This document shows positions 19,765 to 28,955 of a stretch of DNA of 64,000 bases, in pieces (the stretch's first letter is position 1; every line of letters starts with the position of its first letter). Below the pieces are notes generated by a model, which saw nothing but the letters and a program-made list of their open reading frames with translations, ran no database searches and had not been told where the DNA came from. Source of the DNA: Candidatus Kaiserbacteria bacterium. GTDB lineage: Bacteria; Patescibacteriota; Minisyncoccia; Phycocordibacterales; Phycocordibacteraceae. Both the position numbers and the translations under genes were made by a program. The DNA lies in the NCBI GenBank assembly GCA_027451665.1, contig DAIDIW010000002.1:146766-210765 (forward strand), written 5' to 3'.

Positions 19765-20145
19765 CTACGTCTTCTCGAGCGTACGACGACCGCTCGTCAT
19801 CGTTTTTCGTACGTTGCCGCGGCGGGTCCGCGAGTTGGTCTTCGTACGTTGATTTCGAACCGGCAGGCCCCGTTCGTGGCGGAGGCCGCGCCATGCGCGA
19901 ATATCCTTCAAGCGCTTCACGTTGCTGCCGATCTCCCGGCGAAGTTCACCCTCAATCGTGTAGCCCTCACAAAGTGAACGGACGAGCTGTTCCTCCTCAG
20001 GACTAAGCTCGCCGCCCTTCTTATTGAACGGTACGCCCGCCTTCGTGAGGATATCCTTGGCGCGTGCCGGACCGATACCGTAAAGAATCGGCAGCGCATA
20101 CGAGAGCTGCTTGTCGTCTGGAATGGTTACACCTGCAATACGCAT
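19765..20145 (-). CDS. rpsM: 30S ribosomal protein S13
   Basis: MRIAGV, YGIG, RGLRH..GLPVRNQRTKTN. Confidence 0.96.
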   Translation of the reverse strand: MRIAGVTIPDDKQLSYALPILYGIGPARAKDILTKAGVPFNKKGGELSPEEEQLVRSLCEGYTIEGELRREIGSNVKRLKDIRAWRGLRHERGLPVRNQRTKTNSRTRRGNVRKTMTSGRRTLEKT

Positions 20146-20167
20146 AAGTACGAAAATAGTATGACGC

Positions 20168-20284
20168 CTAACCCTGGCGCGCCTTGCGGCGCGGGTTCTT
20201 CTTATTGATACGGTACAGCCGACCACCGCGACGGACGATCTGATCACCTGGCTGCTGCACGCGGATCGAAGCACGTACTTTCAT
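20168..20284 (-). CDS. rpmJ: 50S ribosomal protein L36, zinc-free (C-minus) type
   Basis: Not in the ORF track. [38 protein letters not shown], lying between infA and rpsM. Confidence 0.92.
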   Translation of the reverse strand: MKVRASIRVQQPGDQIVRRGGRLYRINKKNPRRKARQG

Positions 20285-20301
20285 CAGTAAGAAGATTAGA
20301 T

Positions 20302-20535
20302 TTAAGACAAACGTCGCACGATTCGAGCTCGGCCGCCATACGGATCGAGAACCATCTCGACCTGATCGCCTACGAGCACGCGAATACGATGCAGTCGCAT
20401 CTTGCCCGCAAGGTATGCGAGGACGAGCTCGCCCTCATCTGCCCCATCAGCTCCCGGAAGGCGTACACGAAATAACGAATTCGGCAGCACCTCTTCGACG
20501 ATGCCGGTCGCCGTGTTCTGTTCACCTTCCTTCAT
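20302..20535 (-). CDS. infA: Translation initiation factor IF-1
   Basis: [30 protein letters not shown]. Confidence 0.95.
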   Translation of the reverse strand: MKEGEQNTATGIVEEVLPNSLFRVRLPGADGADEGELVLAYLAGKMRLHRIRVLVGDQVEMVLDPYGGRARIVRRLS

Positions 20536-20580
20536 GCGGATACGTTCATGACTATAGCAAGGGGCCCGGAAATGGTCAAA

Positions 20581-21828
20581 TTACCGGTTCGGATTCGTTA
20601 CGGTGACCTTGATCGACGAAGGGTCTTGCGGGAAGGATGAGCGCCAGAAGGGGCGCAGAATGAGGACCGCTCGCTTCACCTCCGGATAGTTCGTAAGTGC
20701 CACCTCTGCGGCTGACCGGCTTTTCCCGGCCACTGCCGCTGCGATTCTGCCGGGGTCGACGGTATAGGTAAGATTCGCGGTGCCCGCCAGGGTGAATGCG
20801 AACTGGGAGGATGCGGGCGTCGGATAGCCCGAAATCGGGGTAAGGGTGAGTCCGCTCGTCGAGGAAAGCGTGAGCGGTTCGCCCTGGTAGCCGAGGCCGG
20901 TTATCGAGGTTGCAATGCTTTTCGCGAGCGCGGCTGACGGGAAAATAATAGCCGTCTCGGTCGCCTGCTCCTTCACATCAACCTGGCCAGTGGTGGCTGA
21001 TGGCGTCGGCGTTAGCTCATCGAACGTTGTAGTAGCAGCGCCCGAGAGAAGCACATACCCTGCAGGTATCTGACTTTGAATGCTGGACACGAGATCAGGC
21101 GCGAGCGCAGTCTTAAGCGAAGTTACGGCGGATTGCTCAGTCGCAGGCGCAACCGTTGGCACGGTCCCGCTTGCACCGCCAATCATGGGAGTCGCCGAAC
21201 GGGCGGTAATCTTCGTCGCGAGCGCGGTACCGTCGAGTCCCGGGACCGTGAACGAGGTGGGCCCAATGTTGTAGGAATCACCGGACTGGTCCGCTGTTAC
21301 CTCGACCTCGATGCTTCCGGGCGTAGATATCGAGCCGCCTGGCACGGTCACCGCCTTGCCGATGCGGAAGATGAGGCCGGACGGAGTCGCAAAACGCGTG
21401 TCTGTTACGAGCCGTTGGGCACGTAGCTCCGTGTTATAGATCGTTATTTGGCCCGTTGCCTTGCTATTTACCTGCTTAGTGCCCGAACCTTGCACGCTCT
21501 GCGTCGCGATCTTCTGAACGGTGAGTATTTCGAACGGAAGATCGCCCGTGCTCTTATCAGCCGTGAAGGAGTTCTGGACCGCCGTTGTTACGGTGCTTGG
21601 CGTTACCTGTACTTCCGCGCTTGAGAAATAGAAGAGGGCGCCGATGGACACGAATATGACGACAAAGATGCCGATAAGGGTCGCGTAGGGGAATCGTGGG
21701 GGCCGCGGGGTAAGGCGGAGCGGCTCGCGAGAGATACCGGGCGACTGCGGGGCCTGCAAGTCGGTCACTGGAGCAGGCTCCATCTCCTTGCGGCGAGACG
21801 GCGGGATTATGTCATCGAGTTTGCGCAT
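20581..21828 (-). CDS. Single-TM protein with a baseplate J/gp47-like extracellular domain
   Basis: TM at about aa 48-68; KATGQITIYN...TRFATPSGLIFR...VTVPG...VEVTADQSGDSYNI resembles baseplate-J-like domains. Confidence 0.6.
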   Translation of the reverse strand: MRKLDDIIPPSRRKEMEPAPVTDLQAPQSPGISREPLRLTPRPPRFPYATLIGIFVVIFVSIGALFYFSSAEVQVTPSTVTTAVQNSFTADKSTGDLPFEILTVQKIATQSVQGSGTKQVNSKATGQITIYNTELRAQRLVTDTRFATPSGLIFRIGKAVTVPGGSISTPGSIEVEVTADQSGDSYNIGPTSFTVPGLDGTALATKITARSATPMIGGASGTVPTVAPATEQSAVTSLKTALAPDLVSSIQSQIPAGYVLLSGAATTTFDELTPTPSATTGQVDVKEQATETAIIFPSAALAKSIATSITGLGYQGEPLTLSSTSGLTLTPISGYPTPASSQFAFTLAGTANLTYTVDPGRIAAAVAGKSRSAAEVALTNYPEVKRAVLILRPFWRSSFPQDPSSIKVTVTNPNR

Positions 21829-21887
21829 AGTTTCCAGTATACCTGAGGAATGACGCGTCGCGGCTCCTTTTGCACATACCTCCCCTG

Positions 21888-22925
21888 CTACTCATCATGA
21901 CCGTGTTCCTTCCAGTAAAGCGTCATGAGTTGCATCACGATATCCGGCTCCACTTCGGCGCCCTGCTTCATCGGCGGCAACTGCTTCATCCGGATAGGAA
22001 CGAGTTTCGGAGGGTCATCAGTAAGCCACATTTTTCCAAGATCTGCCCCTTCGAGCGCGCGTTGTACCGGCTCAAGATGATCGTCATCCGCGAGAATGAA
22101 GATGATGCGAGGCAAAGGATATCGCGTGGCGAATTCGCCGAATGCGTTTACTACCTCGCCAATCCATTCGGGCGAGCCGGCTTCCCCGTCTGGCAGCTCT
22201 TTTACTGCGACCAAAAGTCCCTTCCGAATAAGCGAAATGGCGATTTCAGGGCCGCTCGCGTCAAGCAAGAACGCGTTACGCTCGTGCGGGAATACGCTGC
22301 GTACGGCTTGATAGCGCAGTGAGCTCCCCGCGATTGTCGGTATACGCTCCGTGTGGAACAACGAGCGTAATACCCCGGCTATTGCGCGCGCTACAGCCTC
22401 ATCGATGAAGGATACGAGCATGATGACCTGCGCACGCATGACCTGTTTTCCGAACGGCTCATGCGTCTCATAACCGTTGAGCGTGGTACCGACGATGCTT
22501 TCATCGACAAGCAGTTTGCCCTTGGGCGTCACCGCTGCTTTCCGTATAGCAGCGTCAAGCATCCTGCGGGTGAATGTGAAAGGCTTTTTATCCTCAAATT
22601 TTTCGTAACGCAGCATGGTCGACTGCCAGGGGGCGCTTATGGAGACAAGAAGCGCTTCTGCCCTGCCGGATCCGGTAAGACGCGCAAGCGCTGGGGCGCC
22701 ATCGCGTACGAGCGTGTCGCAGAGCTCCTTAAGCGTGCGCGTCATGGCACTCACGTCGTCCTCGTGCTCCTTTGGCTCGATGCTCAGACGACGCGCATAG
22801 GCGATCGTCGCCTGCGCATCCGGAGTAAAGTGCGCATATGCCCCCGCAACGGAGCCGGCGCCTATGTCTAGGAGCAGTATTGACTCCGCTTCAGGCTTGT
22901 TGAAGAGGCGCGCGAAAAATCCCAT
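21888..22925 (-). CDS. Degenerate actin-like (FtsA/PilM-like) protein
   Basis: ILLLDIGAGSV phosphate-1 motif and a degenerate second motif FLLDASGPEIAIS; start at MGFFARLF. Confidence 0.55.
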   Translation of the reverse strand: MGFFARLFNKPEAESILLLDIGAGSVAGAYAHFTPDAQATIAYARRLSIEPKEHEDDVSAMTRTLKELCDTLVRDGAPALARLTGSGRAEALLVSISAPWQSTMLRYEKFEDKKPFTFTRRMLDAAIRKAAVTPKGKLLVDESIVGTTLNGYETHEPFGKQVMRAQVIMLVSFIDEAVARAIAGVLRSLFHTERIPTIAGSSLRYQAVRSVFPHERNAFLLDASGPEIAISLIRKGLLVAVKELPDGEAGSPEWIGEVVNAFGEFATRYPLPRIIFILADDDHLEPVQRALEGADLGKMWLTDDPPKLVPIRMKQLPPMKQGAEVEPDIVMQLMTLYWKEHGHDE

Positions 22926-22985
22926 GTGGTGACAGTATACGGCATGCGTTTCGCAGAACCGTACACAAGGAGGATAAAATAACAC

Positions 22986-24926
22986 TCACTCGAGCACGGC
23001 CTTGATACGGCGCACTCCTGCCGAAGACGCTTCCTCCTTTTTGATCTTGAAGCGCCTCCCTCCTTCGCCGAGTTCCTTGGTATTCGAGACGTGCGGACCG
23101 CCGCAGAACTCGATTGAGAACGCTCTACCGAATTTTGGGTCTTCCGGGGTTGCGTCTTTCGGCCCTACCGAGTACACGGAGACGGTGTCCGGGTAGCTCG
23201 CGCCGAACTCGTGCTCCGCGCCCAACTTCTCAGCCTCCTCTTTGGGCATCACTGTGCGGGTAACCGGCAGCGCCTCGTCTATCTTCTCGTTCACAATGCA
23301 CTCTACTGCCGCCTTCTGTTCGTCGGTCATCTTCGCGCCATGATTAAAGTCAATACGAAGTCGCTCGCTCGTGATGTTGCTACCGCGCTGGTGCACGTCA
23401 GGCCCGAGCACCGTCTGGAGCGCCTTCAAAAGGAGATGGTGCGCGGTGTGATAGCGTACAGTCTGTTCCCCGTGGTCTGCGAGCCCGCCTGCAAATTTCT
23501 GTACAGCTCCTGCGCGCGAGGTCTCACTGTGTTTACGAAGTAGCACTTGCACGAGCTCGTCTCTAATCTCTAGTCCACGTGCGGTAGCTTCCTCGCGGAC
23601 AAGCTCATACGGAAAACCGTAGGTCGTTATAAGTTCGAACACTGCTTCGGCACGTAGGGTACGGACCTCGTTTGTTCCGCTGATTGAGCTAACGATCACC
23701 TTTTCAAACTCGCGCATACCTCTCTCGAGCGCCTTACGGAACTGTGCCTCTTCCCTTTCAAGTGCGTCCTTGATATGGGTCGCCTGCGTAAGCACGTACG
23801 GATACTGCTCCGAGTAGGCGCTCCCGTAGCCCTTTGCGACGTCTGCCAATACGGCCTCCTTAATACGGAGTTTGTCCGCTTCGCGGATAGAACGGCGGAT
23901 AAGGCGGCGGAGTACGTAGCCCTGCTCGCTATTACCCGGAAGGATGCTGCTCGCGAGCATAAAGCTTGCTGCCCGCATGTGGTCGAGAATAATGCGAAAC
24001 GAGATCGTCGTTACGAGATTATCGTCATAGCGCATGCCTGAACGCTCCTCGAGCACGGCACGCGCCTTATCGAATACGTCGATCAGGAAGACATCAGGAT
24101 TGCTGCGCGTCGCTGCCGTGAGCCGTTCGAGCCCACCTCCGAAGTCGACGTTTTGCTTTGGCAGCGGGGCAAACGAGCCATTCTCCCGCTTGACGAACTG
24201 CATGAAGACGGAGTTTCCTATCTCGATGAAGCGTCCGCAGTCGCAATTGGGGTGACAATGGGGACCGAACCGCTCGTCGTGCTTGGTGCCGAAATCGTAG
24301 AACACCTCCGAGTCCGGGCCACCAATCTCTCCCGCCGGCATCTTTGCGGGGACGCCCGCACGGCTCCACCAGTTCTTCTTTGCGCCATAGGCGAAGATAC
24401 GTCCGTCCTGCATGCCGAGTTCACCTCCCCGTTCTTCAGTGCCAAGTGGTACGAATTTGGCTTCGATGCCCTTGTCACGGAAGAGGCTCTTCCAGATCTC
24501 TACCGCCTCTGTGTCAAGCGGCGTGCCAGTGTCCTCATCGCCGGCAAATACGGTGACGTAAAGCCTTTCGGGATTAAGCGCCAACCCTTCCTCTTTATCG
24601 GTCAAAAATCCAAAAATCCATGGGAGCTGCTCCTTCTTGAAATAGTCGCCGAGGCTCCAGTTGCCAAGCATCTCGAAGAAGGTAGTGTGGCGGTTATCTC
24701 CTACTTCCTCGATGTCCTCCGCGCGGAAGGACAGCTGCGAATCGGCGAGGCGGCGTCCTTGCGGATGTTCCTGCCCCATGAGGTACGGGACTAGCGGTTG
24801 CATGCCCGAGCTGGTAAAAAGCGTAGTCGGATCGTTCTCAGGAACGATAGGTCCCGAGGGGATGATGGCATGCCCTCGTCTCCGGAAGAATTCCAGATAT
24901 CGGCTGCGGACTTCACTAACCGTCAT
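22986..24926 (-). CDS. alaS: Alanine--tRNA ligase (no C-Ala domain)
   Basis: LFTSSGMQP, HTTFFEMLGNWS, DFGGGLER; editing motifs HTAHH and CGGPH; ends at GVRRIKAVLE. Confidence 0.95.
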   Translation of the reverse strand: MTVSEVRSRYLEFFRRRGHAIIPSGPIVPENDPTTLFTSSGMQPLVPYLMGQEHPQGRRLADSQLSFRAEDIEEVGDNRHTTFFEMLGNWSLGDYFKKEQLPWIFGFLTDKEEGLALNPERLYVTVFAGDEDTGTPLDTEAVEIWKSLFRDKGIEAKFVPLGTEERGGELGMQDGRIFAYGAKKNWWSRAGVPAKMPAGEIGGPDSEVFYDFGTKHDERFGPHCHPNCDCGRFIEIGNSVFMQFVKRENGSFAPLPKQNVDFGGGLERLTAATRSNPDVFLIDVFDKARAVLEERSGMRYDDNLVTTISFRIILDHMRAASFMLASSILPGNSEQGYVLRRLIRRSIREADKLRIKEAVLADVAKGYGSAYSEQYPYVLTQATHIKDALEREEAQFRKALERGMREFEKVIVSSISGTNEVRTLRAEAVFELITTYGFPYELVREEATARGLEIRDELVQVLLRKHSETSRAGAVQKFAGGLADHGEQTVRYHTAHHLLLKALQTVLGPDVHQRGSNITSERLRIDFNHGAKMTDEQKAAVECIVNEKIDEALPVTRTVMPKEEAEKLGAEHEFGASYPDTVSVYSVGPKDATPEDPKFGRAFSIEFCGGPHVSNTKELGEGGRRFKIKKEEASSAGVRRIKAVLE

Positions 24927-24933
24927 AGAGCAG

Positions 24934-24964
24934 AAGATAGCATAGCGACACGCTTTCTTATACT
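24934..24964. promoter_or_regulatory. Divergent -10 boxes for alaS and the M13 peptidase gene
   Basis: Minus strand TGCTATCTT-N7-ATG (alaS) and plus strand TATACT-N8-ATG, within a 46-bp intergenic region. Confidence 0.55.
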
Positions 24965-24972
24965 ATGCACCC

Positions 24973-26946
24973 ATGACGAAACAGGACTGGGGATTCGATA
25001 CGAAGGACATGGACCGGAAGGTCCGACCGCAGGATGACTTCTATCGGTATGCCGGCGGCGGCTGGATCTCTCATACCAAAATGCCTTCCGACGAGACTCG
25101 ATGGGGCGCGTTCTCCATACTCGTGAAAAAAACACAGGAGCAGCTGCATGAGATCGTAAAGGAACTCGTTGCGAAGAAGGGAGCGAAAACTGGCACTCCT
25201 GAGCAGCTGGTCGGCGACTTCTTCAAGAGCGGCATGGATGAGGCACGGCGGGAGAGGCTCGGCATTGAGCCGCTTCTACCGCTTTTTGGACGCGTCCGGA
25301 AGGTAAGGACTCATGAGGAGCTCGTGGACCTCTTGGCGCAATTCGACCGTATTGGCATCAGCGCCCCGTGGGGCGCATTCATTGATCAGGACGCGAAGGA
25401 CAGCGACCGTACGCTGCTGCATCTCATGCAATCAGGTCTCTCGCTGTCAGACCGTGATTACTACTTGAAAAATGATGCGGAGTCGTTGCGCGTGCGTCAC
25501 GCACTTGCAAGACACATACCGAAGCTTCTCGCGCTGGCCGGATTTGATGCAAAGGAAGCTAAGCATCGTGCTGACGTCGTGATGCGGATCGAGACTCAAC
25601 TTGCGAAACGTCAGATGGACAAGGTGGATTGTCGGGATGTCGAGAAGACTTACCATAAGATGAAAATCGCGCAGCTCGCAAAAATCGCGCCTCAGGTGGA
25701 CTGGCGTCGCTATCTGGTGCGGCTTGGTGCGGATCCTGAGCTCGACCTCGTCGTGATGCAGCCTGAGTATCTTAAGAAGGCGGCGTGGTACTTCGCGCGC
25801 GTACCGGTGTACGAATGGCAAGTCTATCTCGAGTGGCAGATTCTAAACGGATTCAGTGGTGCACTCTCAGATGCGTTCGTGAAGCAGAATTTTAACTTCT
25901 ATGGGAAAGCACTTGCGGGATTGAAGCAGATCCGCCCGCGATGGCGTCGCGTCCTTTCGACGGTCGATGGCGGCCTCGGCGAACTCATTGGAAAGATCTA
26001 CGTGGAGCGGCACTTCTCGCCTGAAGCGAAGCGTGCTATGGAGGAGTTGGTCGGGAATCTGTTCGAAGCGTATGCTGCGCGTATACGGAGTCTCGATTGG
26101 ATGAGTGGTACAACGAAAAGGAAGGCGCTCGCGAAGCTCGCACAGATGCACCACAAGATCGGGTATCCACGCAAGTGGAGATCCTATCCGGGCCTTAGGA
26201 TTGATCCGCGGGACTATGTAGGAAATATCCTGCGTACTGCTGAGCACGAGCACCGGCGTGCGATGAGGAAGCTCCATAGGAAAACAAACCGTGACGAGTG
26301 GTTCATGTACCCGCAGACGGTGAATGCGTACTATGCCCCCAGCCTAAATGACATCGTCTTTCCCGCAGCGATCCTACAGCCTCCCTTCTTTAGCGCACTG
26401 GCAGACGCGGCGGTGAATTACGGTGCCATAGGCGAGGTTATTGGGCATGAGATGACCCATGGATTCGACGATCAGGGTGCAAAGTTCGATGGCAAGGGAA
26501 ACCTCAAGACCTGGTGGACGAGGGAAGACAAGGCACGCTTCGAGCGTAAGACGAAGCTTCTCATAAAGCAATTTGATGCGTATACGGTAGCTGACGGTGT
26601 CCCGGTGAATGGTAAGTTTACGCTCGGAGAGAACGTTGCGGATCTTGGCGGCGCAGCGATCGCCTATGACGCGTATACGCGCCATCTCGAGAAGCACCCT
26701 GAGGAAGACTGCGAGATTGACGGCTTCACGCCGTTACAGCGATTCTTCCTTGGATTCTCGATCTTCGAGCGAGAGATTGTGCGACCTGAGTATCAAAAGC
26801 TCGCCGCGATCCATGACCCGCACTCTCCTGGCATCTATCGCATCAACGGACCGCTCTCGAACATGACCGAATTCTACAGAGCATTTGATGTAAAGAAGGG
26901 CGACAAGCTCTGGCGCGCGCCGAAGGACCGCGCAAAGATCTGGTAG
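24973..26946 (+). CDS. pepO: M13 metalloendopeptidase (PepO/neprilysin-like)
   Basis: PQDDFYRY, VNAYY, HEMTH, GENVAD, DPHSP. Confidence 0.93.
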   Translation: MTKQDWGFDTKDMDRKVRPQDDFYRYAGGGWISHTKMPSDETRWGAFSILVKKTQEQLHEIVKELVAKKGAKTGTPEQLVGDFFKSGMDEARRERLGIEPLLPLFGRVRKVRTHEELVDLLAQFDRIGISAPWGAFIDQDAKDSDRTLLHLMQSGLSLSDRDYYLKNDAESLRVRHALARHIPKLLALAGFDAKEAKHRADVVMRIETQLAKRQMDKVDCRDVEKTYHKMKIAQLAKIAPQVDWRRYLVRLGADPELDLVVMQPEYLKKAAWYFARVPVYEWQVYLEWQILNGFSGALSDAFVKQNFNFYGKALAGLKQIRPRWRRVLSTVDGGLGELIGKIYVERHFSPEAKRAMEELVGNLFEAYAARIRSLDWMSGTTKRKALAKLAQMHHKIGYPRKWRSYPGLRIDPRDYVGNILRTAEHEHRRAMRKLHRKTNRDEWFMYPQTVNAYYAPSLNDIVFPAAILQPPFFSALADAAVNYGAIGEVIGHEMTHGFDDQGAKFDGKGNLKTWWTREDKARFERKTKLLIKQFDAYTVADGVPVNGKFTLGENVADLGGAAIAYDAYTRHLEKHPEEDCEIDGFTPLQRFFLGFSIFEREIVRPEYQKLAAIHDPHSPGIYRINGPLSNMTEFYRAFDVKKGDKLWRAPKDRAKIW

Positions 26947-26988
26947 GTTGTGCCAGATCAAGGCGCGACTTGCACGTGTCGGATGAGC

Positions 26989-27660
26989 CTAAAGCCAGTC
27001 GATCGGCGCGGAGCCATTCGCCTCGAGGTATTCGTTCGCCTTCTTGAAGTGACCGTTACCAAAGAATCCGCTATTAGCTGAGAATGGCGAAGGATGCGCA
27101 CTCTCGAGCACGAGATGTTTAGTGGGGTCGATATGCGCGCCTTTCTGCTTCGCATAGTTCCCCCAGAGCATAAAGACAAGATGCTCGCGTTTGTCGGAAA
27201 GGGCTTTCACAGCTGCATCGGTGAACGTCTCCCACCCTTTCCCCTGATGCGAACCGGCCAGATGAGCGCGAACGGTAAGAGTCGCGTTCAGGAGTAACAC
27301 ACCTTGGGTCGCCCAGCGCTCGAGGCTGCCGTCACGATGGATCATCGACGCGCCGTATTCATCCTCAATCTCTTTGAAGATGTTCTGGAGCGAGGGGGGT
27401 AAGCGCTGTCCTTGGTCCACAGCGAAGCAGAGCCCGTTCGCCTCGTTGGGACCGTGGTACGGATCTTGCCCGAGAATGACGACTTTCACCTTGTCGAAGG
27501 GACAGAGGTCGAACGCGCGGAAGATAGCGCGCGGCGGCGGGTAGACCGCCTCAGTCTCATATTCGCGCTTCACGAACGCAGCCAGTTCCTTGAAGTACGG
27601 CTGCTCGAATTCAGCCGAAAGGCGCATCTTCCAGGAAGGATCTATACGGACCTCACGCAT
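26989..27660 (-). CDS. ung: Uracil-DNA glycosylase, family 1
   Basis: GQDPYH, PPSLQNI, HPSP motifs. Confidence 0.96.
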   Translation of the reverse strand: MREVRIDPSWKMRLSAEFEQPYFKELAAFVKREYETEAVYPPPRAIFRAFDLCPFDKVKVVILGQDPYHGPNEANGLCFAVDQGQRLPPSLQNIFKEIEDEYGASMIHRDGSLERWATQGVLLLNATLTVRAHLAGSHQGKGWETFTDAAVKALSDKREHLVFMLWGNYAKQKGAHIDPTKHLVLESAHPSPFSANSGFFGNGHFKKANEYLEANGSAPIDWL

Positions 27661-27665
27661 GGCAG

Positions 27666-28463
27666 CTACTGTTTCCGCTTGCGATGCTCGCGCAATAACG
27701 TCTTACCGGCAGCTTCCCGGTAGCTGCAGAAATCGCACGGGCCGCCGCCAAATGAGGTGCCCGATGCTGGAATGTCGTCACTCACGAGCATCGACTTGAG
27801 GCTAAACAAAAGCGGTTCAATCCACTCCTGCGCGCCGATATACGGGATCAGCTTCACGTCAAATTCAAGCTTACCGTCGAAGGCCGGCGCATCTGAATTG
27901 CCGTTCACATACACGAAATAACCGGTCGGAGAAACGGAAAAGCCGTTCATACGGAACAGCCACTGGTAGATCTCCATCTGTCGCTTATACGAATCGTACA
28001 GATCATCTTCGGTAGACGGTCCGATCTTCTTACTCGTCGCCTTGTAGTCAACGATGATAAGCTCTCCAGCCGGTGTTTCCCATACATCGTCGACGCCGCC
28101 TCGAATGATGAGATCCGTCGGTTCGTGATGATATGCGATACCTCGCTTCAGCGCGTCGCGCCACTCCTCGAGCCGTTCGTCCGCGCAAGGTACCGCTTCG
28201 ATGCCATAGGCCTGCATAAGAGGATGCGGCTTGCCCTCGGCGCGATGAACGTCAAATTCGCGTTTGAGAAGCTCGTCGACCGCGTTATTCAGCGTGAACG
28301 AAGGTCCAGAAGGTCGCTTAACGCCGAACTTAAGGTCGAGGTAGGCGCAGCGAGGGCATTCAGCGAACAGGTCGAGCTTCGAGCGGCTCACGACGAACGG
28401 GCCGCCTTTAGGATCGTACGGCCCCCAGAGCTTCTTGGCTTTTGCAAGAGCGGACGTCGTCAT
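27666..28463 (-). CDS. PD-(D/E)XK nuclease, Cas4/RecB-like
   Basis: CPRC near the N-terminus, GGVDD...IVDYK, QMEIY, C-terminal CDFC. Confidence 0.8.
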   Translation of the reverse strand: MTTSALAKAKKLWGPYDPKGGPFVVSRSKLDLFAECPRCAYLDLKFGVKRPSGPSFTLNNAVDELLKREFDVHRAEGKPHPLMQAYGIEAVPCADERLEEWRDALKRGIAYHHEPTDLIIRGGVDDVWETPAGELIIVDYKATSKKIGPSTEDDLYDSYKRQMEIYQWLFRMNGFSVSPTGYFVYVNGNSDAPAFDGKLEFDVKLIPYIGAQEWIEPLLFSLKSMLVSDDIPASGTSFGGGPCDFCSYREAAGKTLLREHRKRKQ

Positions 28464-28936
28464 CGTGTCGTGAAGTAAGCGATGACCGGTTGGCCCGTAT
28501 CGAAATCAACGTAAACGCTATCTGTCGAGAGATCGAAGGTATTACTGCCTCCGTCCCGATAGAGCTCAATAGCGTATGTGCCGCCTGGAACCGTTGCGCG
28601 CAAAAGCGGGACCGTAAAATCTGTTCGAGGACCGCCAGCGTGCGCGGCGCCAAGTACGTTTCCGAGCGCGTCGTCATCGACTTCGCGGACGGCAACCCAG
28701 ACGCCAGGAGGCGGGATGGTAACTGAAGCAACAGTCACAGTATTACCTGCCGGTTGATCGGTAACCGATACGACACCGCTCGGTGTGCTTACAAGCGGGC
28801 TCGAAGACGCGGCCGGAGCCTGTGCTGCCGCATTAGGAGGAGTCGCCGGCGTCGCGTAAAACCAAGCGGTAAGAAGCAGCGCGCCGAGGATGAGGCCCCC
28901 GACAAAGGATGTGAGTGAGAACTCTCGCATCGTCAT
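28460..28936 (-). CDS. Membrane-anchored beta-rich surface protein
   Basis: N-terminal TM, Pro/Ala linker, VTDQPAGNTVTVASV...WVAVRE domain; TGTTAAGGT-N8-ATG. Confidence 0.65.
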   Translation of the reverse strand: MTMREFSLTSFVGGLILGALLLTAWFYATPATPPNAAAQAPAASSSPLVSTPSGVVSVTDQPAGNTVTVASVTIPPPGVWVAVREVDDDALGNVLGAAHAGGPRTDFTVPLLRATVPGGTYAIELYRDGGSNTFDLSTDSVYVDFDTGQPVIAYFTTR

Positions 28937-28955
28937 ACGCACATACCTTAACACA

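Noticed and set aside
20581-21828. Prophage, tailocin or T6SS suggested by the baseplate-like domain
   Set aside because: No sheath, tube, capsid or terminase genes; the protein has a TM anchor and housekeeping neighbours.
27666-28463. CRISPR-Cas locus suggested by the Cas4-like nuclease
   Set aside because: No repeat-spacer array or other cas genes in the window.
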